Shown piece after piece: positions 1 to 10,059 of a DNA stretch of 41,479 bases; positions within the stretch are counted from its first letter, which is position 1, and every line of letters begins with the position of its first letter. The notes under the pieces are model-generated. The model did no database searches. It saw nothing but the letters and a program-made list of their open reading frames with translations, and was not told the origin of the DNA. The stretch is from Thermoleophilia bacterium (GTDB lineage: Bacteria; Actinomycetota; Thermoleophilia; Gaiellales; F1-60-MAGs149). Location of the stretch: positions 1 through 41,479 of the forward strand of contig JBAXOM010000003.1 in NCBI GenBank assembly GCA_037133215.1, in the 5' to 3' direction. Position numbers and translations under genes: made by a program.

Positions 1-818
1 AGAGGCGTCGCCTCGCTGAACTGGCGCGCCTGCACCAGTCCGTTCTGTCCCGTCGTCGCATCAAGCACCAAGAGAGTCTCGTGCGGAGCGCCCTCCATGC
101 GGCCGGCGATGACGCGGCGAATCTTCGCGAGCTCGTCCATCAGGCCAATCTGCGTCTGCAGACGTCCGGCCGTATCGACCAGCACAACGTCGCGGCCACG
201 CGCCACCGCCGCCTCCATGCCGTCGTAGGCCACCGCGGCGGGATCCTGACCGTGCGACGAACCGACGAAGTCGGCGCCCGCGCGGTTCGCCCACGCCTCG
301 AGCTGCTCGTCGGCAGCCGCGCGGAACGTGTCTGCCGCCGCCACGACGACAGACTTATCGACGCGACGAAGGTGCTCGGCGAGTTTGCCGACAGTCGTCG
401 TCTTACCCGTGCCGTTGACGCCTACCATCAGGATCACCGTCGGCGTGTGCGAGATATCGATGCGCGCCTCTGCGCCCGACAGGAGATCGGCGATCTCCTC
501 GGCCAAGGCAGGCGCGAGGTCTTCGCCGGGAGTCATGCCACCCGCGGCGGCACGCCGCTCGAGACGACCAATGATCTCGACGGTGGCCGGAACGCCACAG
601 TCAGCTAGGAGCAGAGCCTCTTCGAGTCGTTCCCACGCCTCGGCGTCATCAGGGTCGAAGGCAATGGCCTGGATCTGTCCCGTCAGCGCCTTACTGGACT
701 TAGCGAGCCCGTCGACGAGTCGGCGGAAGAACCCCCCACCCTCCTCCGTTGCCTCGACCTCCGGCTCGGCGAACTGGACGTCGCCAAGGCCCGAGAACAT
801 CAGGTGCGGGTCGGCCAC
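1..818 (-). CDS. ftsY: Signal recognition particle receptor FtsY (runs off the window edge)
   Basis: Not in the ORF track. Manual minus-strand translation from GTG 818 gives ...WERLEEALLLADCGV... and VDTAGRLQTQIGLMDELAKI (SRP GTPase DTAGR motif). Lies directly downstream of smc, as usual. Confidence 0.95.
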   Translation of the reverse strand, partial: MADPHLMFSGLGDVQFAEPEVEATEEGGGFFRRLVDGLAKSSKALTGQIQAIAFDPDDAEAWERLEEALLLADCGVPATVEIIGRLERRAAAGGMTPGEDLAPALAEEIADLLSGAEARIDISHTPTVILMVGVNGTGKTTTVGKLAEHLRRVDKSVVVAAADTFRAAADEQLEAWANRAGADFVGSSHGQDPAAVAYDGMEAAVARGRDVVLVDTAGRLQTQIGLMDELAKIRRVIAGRMEGAPHETLLVLDATTGQNGLVQARQFSEATP

Positions 819-822
819 GGTG

Positions 823-3800
823 TTACGAACCGCTCGGCGACGGGGCAGCGCTGAGCGTGCCCGTGGGGCCATCGCTCTGACGCGGCAACCGACGCGAGAT
901 CACCTGCGAGACGCCGTTGCCCGGCATCGAGACGCCATACAGCGCGTCAGCAGATTCCATCGTGCCGGCCTGGTGCGTGATGACGACGAACTGCGCGCGG
1001 TCGCGGAAGCGCTCAACGAGTTCGAGGAAGCGATCGATGTTGACCTCGTCAAGCGCAGCGTCGACCTCGTCGAGGACATAGAAGGGGCTCGGTCGGGCAA
1101 GCATCAGGGCGAACGTAAAGCCAAGTGCGGCCATCGACTTCTCGCCGCCCGAGAGCACCGACAGCGAGCGAATCTTCTTGCCGGCGGGCTGGACCTCCAA
1201 CTCGACACCTGGTTCTGGTACCTCGACGACGGCGTCGATATCCTCGCCCTCGGGCTCGGCCTCCACGCCCGGCTCGTCCTCAGTAGCCTCAGCCGGATCA
1301 AGTTCGACCAGCTCGGCAGGCTCAACCAGGCGAAGGCGACCGCTGCCACCCGGGAAGAGGGTGCCGATCACCTCGGCGAAGCCTGCCTCAACCGTCGAAT
1401 ACGTCGACTCAAAGCGATTGCGAATCTCCGTGCCAAGTTCGCGTACCAACTTGCGCAGTTCTCCGACAGACGTCTCGAGGTCGGTGATCTGCTCACCGAT
1501 ATCGTCGGCCTCGGCCTTGGCCTCCTCGTACGCCTCCTTGGCGAGCGGGTTGACCGCGCCGAGTTGGACGATCCGACGCTCAAGTCGTTCGACCTTGCCT
1601 TCGCGCACTGTCCGCTCGTCCTCGGGGTACGGCTCGGTCATATCGACGAGTTCACCGCTCTCCTCGCCGCGCTCCTCGCCAAGGGTCTGACGGCGATGGG
1701 CGAGCTCCTGCAGGCGTTCCTCGCAGCGCTCGAGCTCGACACCGAGCGCAGCCACACGGCCGGCACCGTCGCGTCGCGCGGAGCCAAGCCGCGCATCCTC
1801 TTCGGCACAGGCTCGTAGTTCTGTGCCGAGCTCGGCGACGCGCGACTCGCCGGCCTGCGTCTGTGCGCGGGCCGGCTCTCGGAAACGCTCGGCGGTGACC
1901 AGCGCTGCGCGGATCGTTTCGAGAATCGTCGGTAGTTGCTTGGTGACCGCAGCGAGCCGATCTGCACCATTCTGAGCCGCCTCGGCTTGGCGTTCTTGCT
2001 CGACGGCGAGTGCACGGAGACGGGCGCCTTCGACGCGAGCCCGTTCGGCACGCTCCTCGGATGCGGCCCGACGTCCACGTCGATCCGCAACGTCGTTTTG
2101 CAGCGAGACACGGACGGCCTCGGCAGCCTCATGCTCGACGGTGCGCTCGGCGACCCGCTCCCGCAAGGCGACGAGCCCCGACTCGAGTGCCGTAAATTCG
2201 ATCTGCGCTGCGGCGGCACGAGCCTCGCTCTGCTCGGCCTCGTCGCTCGCAGTGCGCAGACGCTCGCCCGTGGCCTCGTCCTGCCGCGCAAGCCGATCGG
2301 CCTCACGCGTTGCCTCTGCCAATTCCCGCTCGAGTCGCAACTGCGCGTCGCGCGCCTCGGCAACAGCACTGCGGGCATTCGTTTCGGCCTGCTCGACCGT
2401 CGTGCGAACTTCGGTTGCGTTGATCAGGCTCGACGCGGCAGCATCGCGTCCACTCGCATCGTCGCGCACCTGTTGTTCGACACCAGCAAGATCGCGCTTG
2501 CGTTCCAACGCGCGACCAGCCGCATCGCCAGCACGGAACGCAATACCGCGATCAGCATCAAAGCCACGACCATCGGCGAGGACACCGATACCGCGCTTGA
2601 CGGCGAGCAAATCGGCGGGGCGATCGATCAACAGCACGCCGTCAAGCAGGCCCGCCGGAATATCGCCGATCAACTCGACACGAGAACTGAGCGGCACGCC
2701 GGGCCCCTCGGCCTGACGGGTGGGCAGGCGGTCGAGGCACAGCAGTGCAGCGCCTTCGAGCGCATCGTCGGCCAGCAGGTCGACGGCATCGCTCGCGACG
2801 CGAGCAACGGCCTCGGTGGCTCGCCACGAGAGCACGGCCGCGACAGCGCGTTCGACCCCAGACTCGGGCCGGATCTGATCGGCGACCAACGAGACGCCAC
2901 GGTCGCGCAGGCGCACGAGCGCACCGTCTAGACCGTCTCCGCGCGCAACGGACTGCCTCAACTCGTTGAGGCGCGCATCGGACGACTGCGCCCTGGCGTC
3001 GGCGGCAGCAGCATCGCCACGAACCTGGGCCTCCTGCGTGCGGGCGAGGTCAGCTGCGCTGCGGGCCTCTTGCTCGAGTCGCTCGGCCTCGGCCAGCGCC
3101 TCACGGGCACTGACGACGTTGGCCTCGATGACCTCAAGTGCGATCTGCGCTTCGCGGCGGGCGGTTTCGCGATCGCCGATGCCTTCGGTCAATTCTGCGC
3201 GACGAAGGGTGGCGGCTGCGGCTCGCTCGCGATTCTCCGTGGCTTCTGCCTGAGCGCGCGCGAGGCGCCCCTCGTGTTCTGCCTCGGCACGCCGAGCCTC
3301 AAGCACGGACGAGAGCGCTACCTCCGAGGCCTGCGTAGCAGCAGCGAAGCGATCTTCGACGCCGGTGTCGTCTGGATCGGCAGCGAGCTCGGAACGCTCG
3401 CGCTCTGCGTCTACCTCGACCGACGCGGCAGCCGATGCCGTCGTTGCGGCCTCATCGATCAATCGACCGGCGCGGATGCGGAGGCGCTCGACATCGTGGG
3501 CAAACTCCTCGCCGCGTTCCTCGAGTTGCGCCGTGCGGTCCGTCAGGCGTTCGACACCAGCATCGAGGCGTTGCACAAGGCGCGAAGCTGCCTCCTGCTC
3601 ACTGACGAGGGCGCCCAGCGCAGCCTCGGCGGCCTCGCGCCGCGCGATGATCGCCGCGGCATCGGTATCGAGCTTTTCCTGAGCAGCCTTGGCTTCGCGG
3701 GCGTCGTTCTGTCGCGCCTGACGATCGCGCCGCGCCTCGGCAATGGCCGACAGCACGAGTTCCAGCCGGAGCTCGAGCAGTTCGGCAGCGAGCAGCGCAG

Positions 3801-4443
3801 CGCGTTCCGCCGCGGAGGCCTGGAGTGCGAGCGGGCGCAACCGGCCCTGAATCTCGGCCTGACGCGTACGCGCCTCGACGAGGTGCCGCTCGACGCGATT
3901 GAGTTTCTGCTGAGCGCGAATGCGGCGACGCTTGTACTTGCCAAGCCCGGCCACTTCTTCGATCAGACCGCGTCGGGCGGTGGGACTGGCCAGCAGCACC
4001 TGATCAACTTGGTTCTGTCCAATGATCGCGTGACTGTCGCGCCCAAGGCCGACATCGGCCAAGACCTCATGAACATCGAGCCGCCGTACCGGTACGCGAT
4101 TGAGCAGGTAGGCGCTCTCTCCATCGCGACTCAGGCGACGCAGCACGGAGAGCTCGGGTCGACCGCCCGGGGCGACACCACCCTCGTCCTCAAGCACGAT
4201 CTCAACCTCGGCGAGACCGGCAGCGGCACGACTCTCGGAGCCACTAAAGAGCACGTCCATGCCCGTCGTGACGCGCACCTCAGATGGTGCCGACGATGCC
4301 ATCGCCCAGCGGAGCGCCTCGGCAATGTTCGACTTGCCGGAGCCGTTGGGACCGACGATGACGCCAACACCCTTATCGAAATGAAGCTCCGTCTCGTCGG
4401 CGAAACTCTTAAACCCCTTGATGCGAATACGGGTGAGCCTCAT
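823..4443 (-). CDS. smc: Chromosome segregation protein SMC
   Basis: 1206 aa. Walker A GPNGSGKS, long coiled coils, signature LSGGE, Walker B LDEVD, VITH loop; rnc-smc-ftsY order. Confidence 0.97.
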   Translation of the reverse strand: MRLTRIRIKGFKSFADETELHFDKGVGVIVGPNGSGKSNIAEALRWAMASSAPSEVRVTTGMDVLFSGSESRAAAGLAEVEIVLEDEGGVAPGGRPELSVLRRLSRDGESAYLLNRVPVRRLDVHEVLADVGLGRDSHAIIGQNQVDQVLLASPTARRGLIEEVAGLGKYKRRRIRAQQKLNRVERHLVEARTRQAEIQGRLRPLALQASAAERAALLAAELLELRLELVLSAIAEARRDRQARQNDAREAKAAQEKLDTDAAAIIARREAAEAALGALVSEQEAASRLVQRLDAGVERLTDRTAQLEERGEEFAHDVERLRIRAGRLIDEAATTASAAASVEVDAERERSELAADPDDTGVEDRFAAATQASEVALSSVLEARRAEAEHEGRLARAQAEATENRERAAAATLRRAELTEGIGDRETARREAQIALEVIEANVVSAREALAEAERLEQEARSAADLARTQEAQVRGDAAAADARAQSSDARLNELRQSVARGDGLDGALVRLRDRGVSLVADQIRPESGVERAVAAVLSWRATEAVARVASDAVDLLADDALEGAALLCLDRLPTRQAEGPGVPLSSRVELIGDIPAGLLDGVLLIDRPADLLAVKRGIGVLADGRGFDADRGIAFRAGDAAGRALERKRDLAGVEQQVRDDASGRDAAASSLINATEVRTTVEQAETNARSAVAEARDAQLRLERELAEATREADRLARQDEATGERLRTASDEAEQSEARAAAAQIEFTALESGLVALRERVAERTVEHEAAEAVRVSLQNDVADRRGRRAASEERAERARVEGARLRALAVEQERQAEAAQNGADRLAAVTKQLPTILETIRAALVTAERFREPARAQTQAGESRVAELGTELRACAEEDARLGSARRDGAGRVAALGVELERCEERLQELAHRRQTLGEERGEESGELVDMTEPYPEDERTVREGKVERLERRIVQLGAVNPLAKEAYEEAKAEADDIGEQITDLETSVGELRKLVRELGTEIRNRFESTYSTVEAGFAEVIGTLFPGGSGRLRLVEPAELVELDPAEATEDEPGVEAEPEGEDIDAVVEVPEPGVELEVQPAGKKIRSLSVLSGGEKSMAALGFTFALMLARPSPFYVLDEVDAALDEVNIDRFLELVERFRDRAQFVVITHQAGTMESADALYGVSMPGNGVSQVISRRLPRQSDGPTGTLSAAPSPSGS

Positions 4444-5153
4444 CCAATATCACCAGCATCGATGGTAGCCAGCGCGCGTCGCGCAGCGGCCTGTTCAGCG
4501 GCTCGACGAGACACACCCTCACCCTCGCCGAGGACATCGCCGTCGATGATGACGACGACGGAAAAATGCCGTGCGTGCGCTGGTCCGGTTGCCTCCACCA
4601 CTTCGTACGCTACACGGCGGCCCTGACGCTGCAGGATCTCTTGGAGTGCCGTCTTGGGGTCAATTCGGGGGTCCAGAGCACGGTCGACGAGTGGCGCGAA
4701 GGCCGTCACGGCCGCCTCACGCGCGACCTCCCAACCAGCTTCGAGGAAGATTGCACCGAGCGCGGACTCGGCCAAGTCGGCGAGCACCGAGCGATTGAAG
4801 GACAGCTGCTTCGCCGTCTCTGCGTACTTCTCTCCGAGCGCACTCTCGCGCATGCGACCGCCGAGATCCTCGTTACGCGCCACGATCGAGCAAAAGCGCG
4901 AGGAGCGAACCTGGTTCTTGATCCGCGACAGCTCACCTTGTGTGGACTCAGGAAACCGTTCCAAGAGGTATGCGCCGAGCGCAAGGTCGAGCACAGCATC
5001 GCCGAGGAACTCGTACCGTTCGTACGAGTCGCCGGGCGATGCTGCCCAGCTCGAATGCGTCAGCGCGCGGAGACGCGTCGTCGACGCGAGCGCGTCGAGT
5101 CGCGTCCCAATCGGGCCTGTGGGCTCAGTCAGCGCGGGCGACGATGAAGTCAA
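4440..5153 (-). CDS. rnc: Ribonuclease III (start uncertain)
   Basis: ALTHSS, ERYEFLGDAVL signature, ADLAESALGA, C-terminal dsRBD (DPKTALQE...GPAHARHF...AAEQAAA). Confidence 0.95.
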   Translation of the reverse strand: MTSSSPALTEPTGPIGTRLDALASTTRLRALTHSSWAASPGDSYERYEFLGDAVLDLALGAYLLERFPESTQGELSRIKNQVRSSRFCSIVARNEDLGGRMRESALGEKYAETAKQLSFNRSVLADLAESALGAIFLEAGWEVAREAAVTAFAPLVDRALDPRIDPKTALQEILQRQGRRVAYEVVEATGPAHARHFSVVVIIDGDVLGEGEGVSRRAAEQAAARRALATIDAGDIG

Positions 5154-5370
5154 CGGCGTCGCCGACAGTACCGATCGACTGAGCCTCTTCGTCGGAGATC
5201 TTGACGCCGAAGCCCTCTTCGAGGTCCATGATCAACTCGACGAGGTCGAGCGAGTCAGCCTGAAGGTCGTCGCGCATGTGCGCCGCCTCGTTGATGTCAG
5301 CCGGATCAACGTCAAGACGCTCGACGAGGATCTCCTGTACTTTCGCCAAAACTTCTGCTCGCTCAGCCAC
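5125..5370 (-). CDS. acpP: Acyl carrier protein
   Basis: 81 aa, acidic, with phosphopantetheine site DLQADSLDLVEL; SD-like AAGGTGG upstream. Confidence 0.96.
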   Translation of the reverse strand: MAERAEVLAKVQEILVERLDVDPADINEAAHMRDDLQADSLDLVELIMDLEEGFGVKISDEEAQSIGTVGDAVDFIVARAD

Positions 5371-5537
5371 TGTGTTCCACCTTTGTAGTACTCACGTAAA
5401 CGCTGCCGACATTAGCAGGCGCGGTAACGGCTGCATGGCACGTCGGTACCGTCGAACGAGCCCTGCGTCACCTGAAGGACATCAAGCGTGCTCGGCTGTC
5501 ACCCCGCGCAGCGAACGCATTCGAGACGCGCAGTGCG

Positions 5538-5726
5538 TTAGCCGACAGGGGCGTCGGTCGTGATGTAGCGCCGACCGCGGTACGTTCCGCAGCTCGGGCA
5601 CACACGATGGGGCAGTTTCGGAGCGGAACAAACCGTGCACGTGGCCACGACGGGAATCGCGATCTTGTGCGTGGCACGACGCTTATCGCGGCGGGCTTTG
5701 GACGTTTTCCGTTTGGGGACTGCCAT
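5538..5726 (-). CDS. rpmF: 50S ribosomal protein L32 (Zn-ribbon form)
   Basis: MAVPKRKTSKARRDKRR...CTVC...PHRVCPSCGTY; start re-called to ATG 5726. Confidence 0.97.
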   Translation of the reverse strand: MAVPKRKTSKARRDKRRATHKIAIPVVATCTVCSAPKLPHRVCPSCGTYRGRRYITTDAPVG

Positions 5727-5768
5727 AACGCTGCGCAGCGTAGCGAACGCCTGCGCGGCGCGTCGCAA

Positions 5769-6287
5769 CTACCCCTCGGAGTCGTCCTTGAGGAGCCCGC
5801 GGAGCGCACCCCAACGATCGTCGCCTTCGGCTGGGACACACGCGCAGACCTCGTGATTGAGGTTTGTACCGCAGCTCGGACAGAGACCGGCGCAATCCTT
5901 GCGACAGAGAATCTTGTGCGGCAACGTCAGAACGATCGCGTCGGCTGCCCACGTCGCAACATCAAGATCGTCACCCTCGAGGTAGTCGCAGACCTCTTCG
6001 GCCTCCGCGCCCTTCTCTGGATGATCAGCCTGATATTCGCGCGCATCGATCGAGACGGGTACTGCAGCCTCCTCAAGACAGCGGTGACATGGCCCCAGAA
6101 TCGTGCTCGAGAGGCGCATCCGCATCAGGAGTCCAGAGATCAGGCGCGTGATGTCGACGCGCGCCACCGCAGGAGCTGCTGGACCTGAGTACGTGACGCC
6201 ACCGATGATGATGTTGGGCAGCGCAACGGGCACGTCCAGCGACCGTTCGATGCCCGCCTCGAGCCGTAGCTGTGCAATATCAATCAT
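5769..6287 (-). CDS. yceD: YceD/DUF177 family protein
   Basis: CHRC and LCRKDCAGLCPSCG motifs, DDRWGAL terminus; conserved position upstream of rpmF. Confidence 0.9.
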   Translation of the reverse strand: MIDIAQLRLEAGIERSLDVPVALPNIIIGGVTYSGPAAPAVARVDITRLISGLLMRMRLSSTILGPCHRCLEEAAVPVSIDAREYQADHPEKGAEAEEVCDYLEGDDLDVATWAADAIVLTLPHKILCRKDCAGLCPSCGTNLNHEVCACVPAEGDDRWGALRGLLKDDSEG

Positions 6288-6308
6288 GCGAGCCGCCGTT
6301 CGCGACGA

Positions 6309-6803
6309 CTACGTCGTGATTTCGGTGAACTGCGCCGAGCCACCCTCGGTGCGCTCCGGCGATGCGCTCGCCAGCTGGCCGCGGCCACGCTGAACTGCAC
6401 CAAGGAACTTGCCGAGGTTCGTCTCGAGCGTGCCAAGGATCTCGTCGGCGTAGTCCTCTGCGCCGAGTCGGATCTCGCGCTCGCGATTGCGGGCGTTCTC
6501 AAGGATCTCCTGCGCCTGGCGCTCGGCCAACCGCACGACCTCTTGCTGCGACGCTTCGCGCTGCGCAATCTCGCGGGCCTCAACGACGATCCGCTCGGCT
6601 TCGCGCTTGGCCTCGCCAAGCATCTCCTGACGCTCCTTGACGATCCAACGTGCCTGCTTGATCTCGTCAGGAATCGTCGCGCGCATCTGGTCAAGGATCT
6701 CCCAGATTTCTTCGCGATCGATGCGGACCTGATCGGTCAGCGGCACCGCTTTGGCGTTGTGGACAAGCTCGTCGAGCTTGTCAATGAGGACGAGGACATC
6801 CAT
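6309..6803 (-). CDS. DivIVA-related coiled-coil protein (SepIVA/Rv2927c-like)
   Basis: MDVLVLIDKLDELVHNAKAVPLTDQVRIDREE..., then a coiled coil and YADEIL motif; SD AAGGAG before ATG 6803; coaD-X-yceD synteny. Confidence 0.8.
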   Translation of the reverse strand: MDVLVLIDKLDELVHNAKAVPLTDQVRIDREEIWEILDQMRATIPDEIKQARWIVKERQEMLGEAKREAERIVVEAREIAQREASQQEVVRLAERQAQEILENARNREREIRLGAEDYADEILGTLETNLGKFLGAVQRGRGQLASASPERTEGGSAQFTEITT

Positions 6804-6813
6804 GAGGTCTCCT

Positions 6814-7311
6814 TCACAGGGTTCGCGAAGACGGATGGTCGTCGAACCAGCGGACGACACAGGGAGGGACAAGGTTTTCGACAGAGCCGCCGAACGCAGC
6901 GATTTCGCGGACGCCACTCGACGACACGAACATGTAGCGGCCAGATGCCGCGAGATAGACCGACTCGATATCAGGAGCGAGGTGTTTGTTGAGTTGCTGC
7001 ATCTGGAATTCCCACTCAAAGTCGGAGACCGCACGCAGTCCCTTGACGAGTGCCGTTGCGCCTGAGCGCTTGGCAAACTCTACAACGAGGTCTGAGAACG
7101 TCTCGACTGTCACATTCGGCACATCTGCCAGAGATTCTTGCAGGAGGGCCACCCGGTCATCGGCAGGAATCAGCGGTTCCTTGTGTTTCGGGCGGCGCAC
7201 GACTCCGACGACGACGTGGTCAAAGAGGTCAGCGGAGCGCTGAATAATGTCGATATGGCCGAGCGTGACCGGGTCATAACTGCCCGGACAAATTGCGACG
7301 CGCTTCGTCAT
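6814..7311 (-). CDS. coaD: Phosphopantetheine adenylyltransferase
   Basis: PGSYDPVTLGH, KGLRAVSDFEWE, VSSSGVRE motifs. Confidence 0.97.
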   Translation of the reverse strand: MTKRVAICPGSYDPVTLGHIDIIQRSADLFDHVVVGVVRRPKHKEPLIPADDRVALLQESLADVPNVTVETFSDLVVEFAKRSGATALVKGLRAVSDFEWEFQMQQLNKHLAPDIESVYLAASGRYMFVSSSGVREIAAFGGSVENLVPPCVVRWFDDHPSSRTL

Positions 7312-7862
7312 ACGGTCTCCATACGTTGCAGAATGACGATTTCGGCGGCTGCAATGCGGCGGTTGTAGCGCTCGACGAGGCCTGGAATGGGTACGGCGGC
7401 GCCCGCAGCCGTCTCGAAGACAATCGAGCCATCCGGACTCAGCACCTGCGGGAGTAGCGTTGTGAGCATCGCAGCCAAGTCTGGCACCGCCTCATAGGGC
7501 GGGTCAACCAGCACGAGGTCGAACTGCTCGCCCACGTCTGCCAGACGTTGCAGGACGGTGATCGCATTGCCCCGCTCGATGCGTGCCTGTGCGGATTCGC
7601 CGAGCACCTCAACGTTGGTGCGAATCGCTTCCAAGGCAGCCGCATTGCGTTCGACGAAGAGGCACGAGGCAGCACCACGCGAGAGCGCCTCCAGACCTAA
7701 CGCGCCCGAACCGGCAAAGAGGTCGAGCACGCGCGCATCAACGACGTCGGCACCGAGCGACGCAAAGATCGCCTCGCGGGCGCGATCGGACGTCGGGCGA
7801 ACGCCCTTGCCTGGCGGCGTAACGAGACGCCGCGATCGATGCTGCCCAGCCACGATGCGCAC
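7308..7862 (-). CDS. rsmD: 16S rRNA m2G966 methyltransferase RsmD
   Basis: MRIVAG...RPTSDRARE, LDLFAGSGALGLEALSRG, DPPY. Confidence 0.95.
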   Translation of the reverse strand: MRIVAGQHRSRRLVTPPGKGVRPTSDRAREAIFASLGADVVDARVLDLFAGSGALGLEALSRGAASCLFVERNAAALEAIRTNVEVLGESAQARIERGNAITVLQRLADVGEQFDLVLVDPPYEAVPDLAAMLTTLLPQVLSPDGSIVFETAAGAAVPIPGLVERYNRRIAAAEIVILQRMETV

Positions 7863-7889
7863 ACCGAGAGCCTACCGCGCGACGGGCGT

Positions 7890-10007
7890 TTAGGCTCGGC
7901 GGAGTGCTTCGATGAGGTCGCCGAAGCGATCCGTTGCGGCCTGCGCCAAGACGTCGTCCGCGCCCTCGTGCAGGATGCGCAGCGCGTCCTCGCGCGCCTG
8001 CTCGAGCAGTTTGCGATCGCTGTGCAGGCGGGCGTAGCGGAGGTCTGTGCGACCACTCTGAGCCTCGCCCAACAGACGGCCCTCGCCACGCATGCGTAGA
8101 TCGACGTCGGCTAATTCGAAGCCGCTCTGGTGTCGCACGAGCGCATCGAGCCGCTCACGCCCATCCGGCGTCGGCTCGGCCGAGCTATAGAGCAGGCAAT
8201 ACGATTGCTCGCTGCCACGCCCAACGCGGCCGCGCAACTGATGGAGTTGAGCGAGACCAAAGCGATCGGCGTCCTCGACCACCATCACCGAGGCGTTGGC
8301 GACGTCCACGCCCACTTCGATCACCGTCGTGGCGACCAACACGTCGAGGTCTCCCGCCGAAAACGCGGCCATCACACGCTGACGATCCCCGGCGGGCATT
8401 TGGCCGTGCGCGCAGGCCACACGAAGACCGTTGAGTGGACCGCTAGCCAAGCGCTCGGCCTCCTCTTCGGCAGCGCGTGCCTCAACGTCGGGGTTCTCCT
8501 CAACGAGCGCGCAGACAACGTAGGCCTGTCGCCCCGCCGCGATCTGCTCGCGGATCCAGCGGTAGCCGTCTTCCCGCTTAGCCTCCGGAATGATGCTCGT
8601 CTTGATTGGTTTGCGACCGGGTGGCAACTCGTCGATCACACACAGGTCCAGATCACCGAAGGCCGTCAAGGCCAGCGAGCGTGGAATCGGGGTGGCCGTC
8701 ATGTGCAGGACGTGCGGCACGGTCTCTCCCCCTGCCGACAGCGCCGCGCGCTGGGCGACACCAAAGCGGTGTTGCTCATCGACCACGAGCACCCGGAGAT
8801 CGGCAAACGACGTGTGCAGCAGCGCGTGCGTGCCGATCGCGATCAACGGCTGGCCCGCCTCGATCCGGGCACGACGCGCACGGCGCTCCTTGTCAGGAAC
8901 ATCGCCCGACAGGTACGCGATCTCGATCCCGAGGGGCTCGAGCAGGCGCTCGGCACCACGCAGATGCTGCAGCGCAAGGACTTCGGTCGGGGCCATCAAC
9001 GCACCCTGGCCACCCTGCTCGACCGCGCGGACGAGCGCCGCAAACGCGACCACGGTCTTGCCCGAACCGACATCGCCCTCCAACAGACGCTGCATCGGCT
9101 GCGTCCGATTGAGATCGGTCTCGATCGACTCCAGCACGTGCTCCTGCGCGGCGGTGAGGGTGAAGGGCAGAGCCGCCCGAAAGGCCGCGGACAGGTCGCC
9201 CGGGAAACCCAACGCGAGCGCACCGGCGCGTGCATCGGTGTCGTGGCGATGCTGCAGGAGAGCGAGCTGGAGCAGAAGGAGTTCCTCGTAGGCCAATCGC
9301 TGGCGCGCGGTCTCGTAGGCATCGAGCCGGCTCGGCTGATGCCCCGCACGCAACGCATCGCGTCGCAGCGGCAGGCTGTGGCGCATCCGCAACTCGACGG
9401 GGAGCGGATCTGCGACACCGTCGATCAGGTCCGTAATCGCGTCGCCGACGAGGGCACGCAGGACACCCGTCGAGACCTTGGCCGAGGCGTGGTAGACCGG
9501 CACGAGCCCGGGCCCCATCGCCGCCAACTCGTCGGGGCCACCCGCAACCTCGTGCGACTTGACGGTCAGCTCGGCGCCCCGTGCCCCTACCTTGAGCGCG
9601 CCGCGGGCAACCAAGCGCGAGCCGGGCTCAAGCGTGCGCGCGAGATAGCGCTGGTTAAACCACGTCAACGAAATCTCGCCCGTCTCGTCCGTCAGGCGCG
9701 TCTGCAGGATGCGCAGACCGCGGCGACGGGTCGGCCGCTCGGTAATCGAGCCAACGCGACCGACGACCGTGACCTCATCGTCACCGCTCTGAATCGCCTC
9801 GGCAATCGTCGTCAACGCCGTCATGTCCTCAAAGCGAAACGGCAGGTCGTCGAGCAGATCGCCCCGCGTCTCAAGCCCCATCGCCTTCAACGCCGCGACG
9901 CGTTTCGGAGGACCGGTAATCGGTACAGCCAGCCGGTCCGGGGCGGGCGCCGTTCGCGGACGCGGCGAATCGACGGTCTCCGAAACTCCTGGAAAGGGCG
10001 CCAGCAC
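7890..10007 (-). CDS. recG: ATP-dependent DNA helicase RecG
   Basis: Wedge domain (TWFNQRY), GDVGSGKT, DEQHRFG, MTATPIPR, QLRGRVGR. Start re-called to GTG 10007 (CAGAAT 6 nt upstream); the ORF-track extension overlaps a real divergent gene. Confidence 0.96.
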   Translation of the reverse strand: MLAPFPGVSETVDSPRPRTAPAPDRLAVPITGPPKRVAALKAMGLETRGDLLDDLPFRFEDMTALTTIAEAIQSGDDEVTVVGRVGSITERPTRRRGLRILQTRLTDETGEISLTWFNQRYLARTLEPGSRLVARGALKVGARGAELTVKSHEVAGGPDELAAMGPGLVPVYHASAKVSTGVLRALVGDAITDLIDGVADPLPVELRMRHSLPLRRDALRAGHQPSRLDAYETARQRLAYEELLLLQLALLQHRHDTDARAGALALGFPGDLSAAFRAALPFTLTAAQEHVLESIETDLNRTQPMQRLLEGDVGSGKTVVAFAALVRAVEQGGQGALMAPTEVLALQHLRGAERLLEPLGIEIAYLSGDVPDKERRARRARIEAGQPLIAIGTHALLHTSFADLRVLVVDEQHRFGVAQRAALSAGGETVPHVLHMTATPIPRSLALTAFGDLDLCVIDELPPGRKPIKTSIIPEAKREDGYRWIREQIAAGRQAYVVCALVEENPDVEARAAEEEAERLASGPLNGLRVACAHGQMPAGDRQRVMAAFSAGDLDVLVATTVIEVGVDVANASVMVVEDADRFGLAQLHQLRGRVGRGSEQSYCLLYSSAEPTPDGRERLDALVRHQSGFELADVDLRMRGEGRLLGEAQSGRTDLRYARLHSDRKLLEQAREDALRILHEGADDVLAQAATDRFGDLIEALRRA

Positions 10008-10059
10008 CCCCACATTCTGCCGTCCGCACCGCCGGGCACGAATCTGGCAGAGTCTGCAC

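Noticed and set aside
81-4626. Long plus-strand ORFs (81-608, 328-1818, 1936-2931, 3070-4626)
   Set aside because: Antisense shadows of ftsY and smc, expected from high-GC codon bias; no recognisable motifs.
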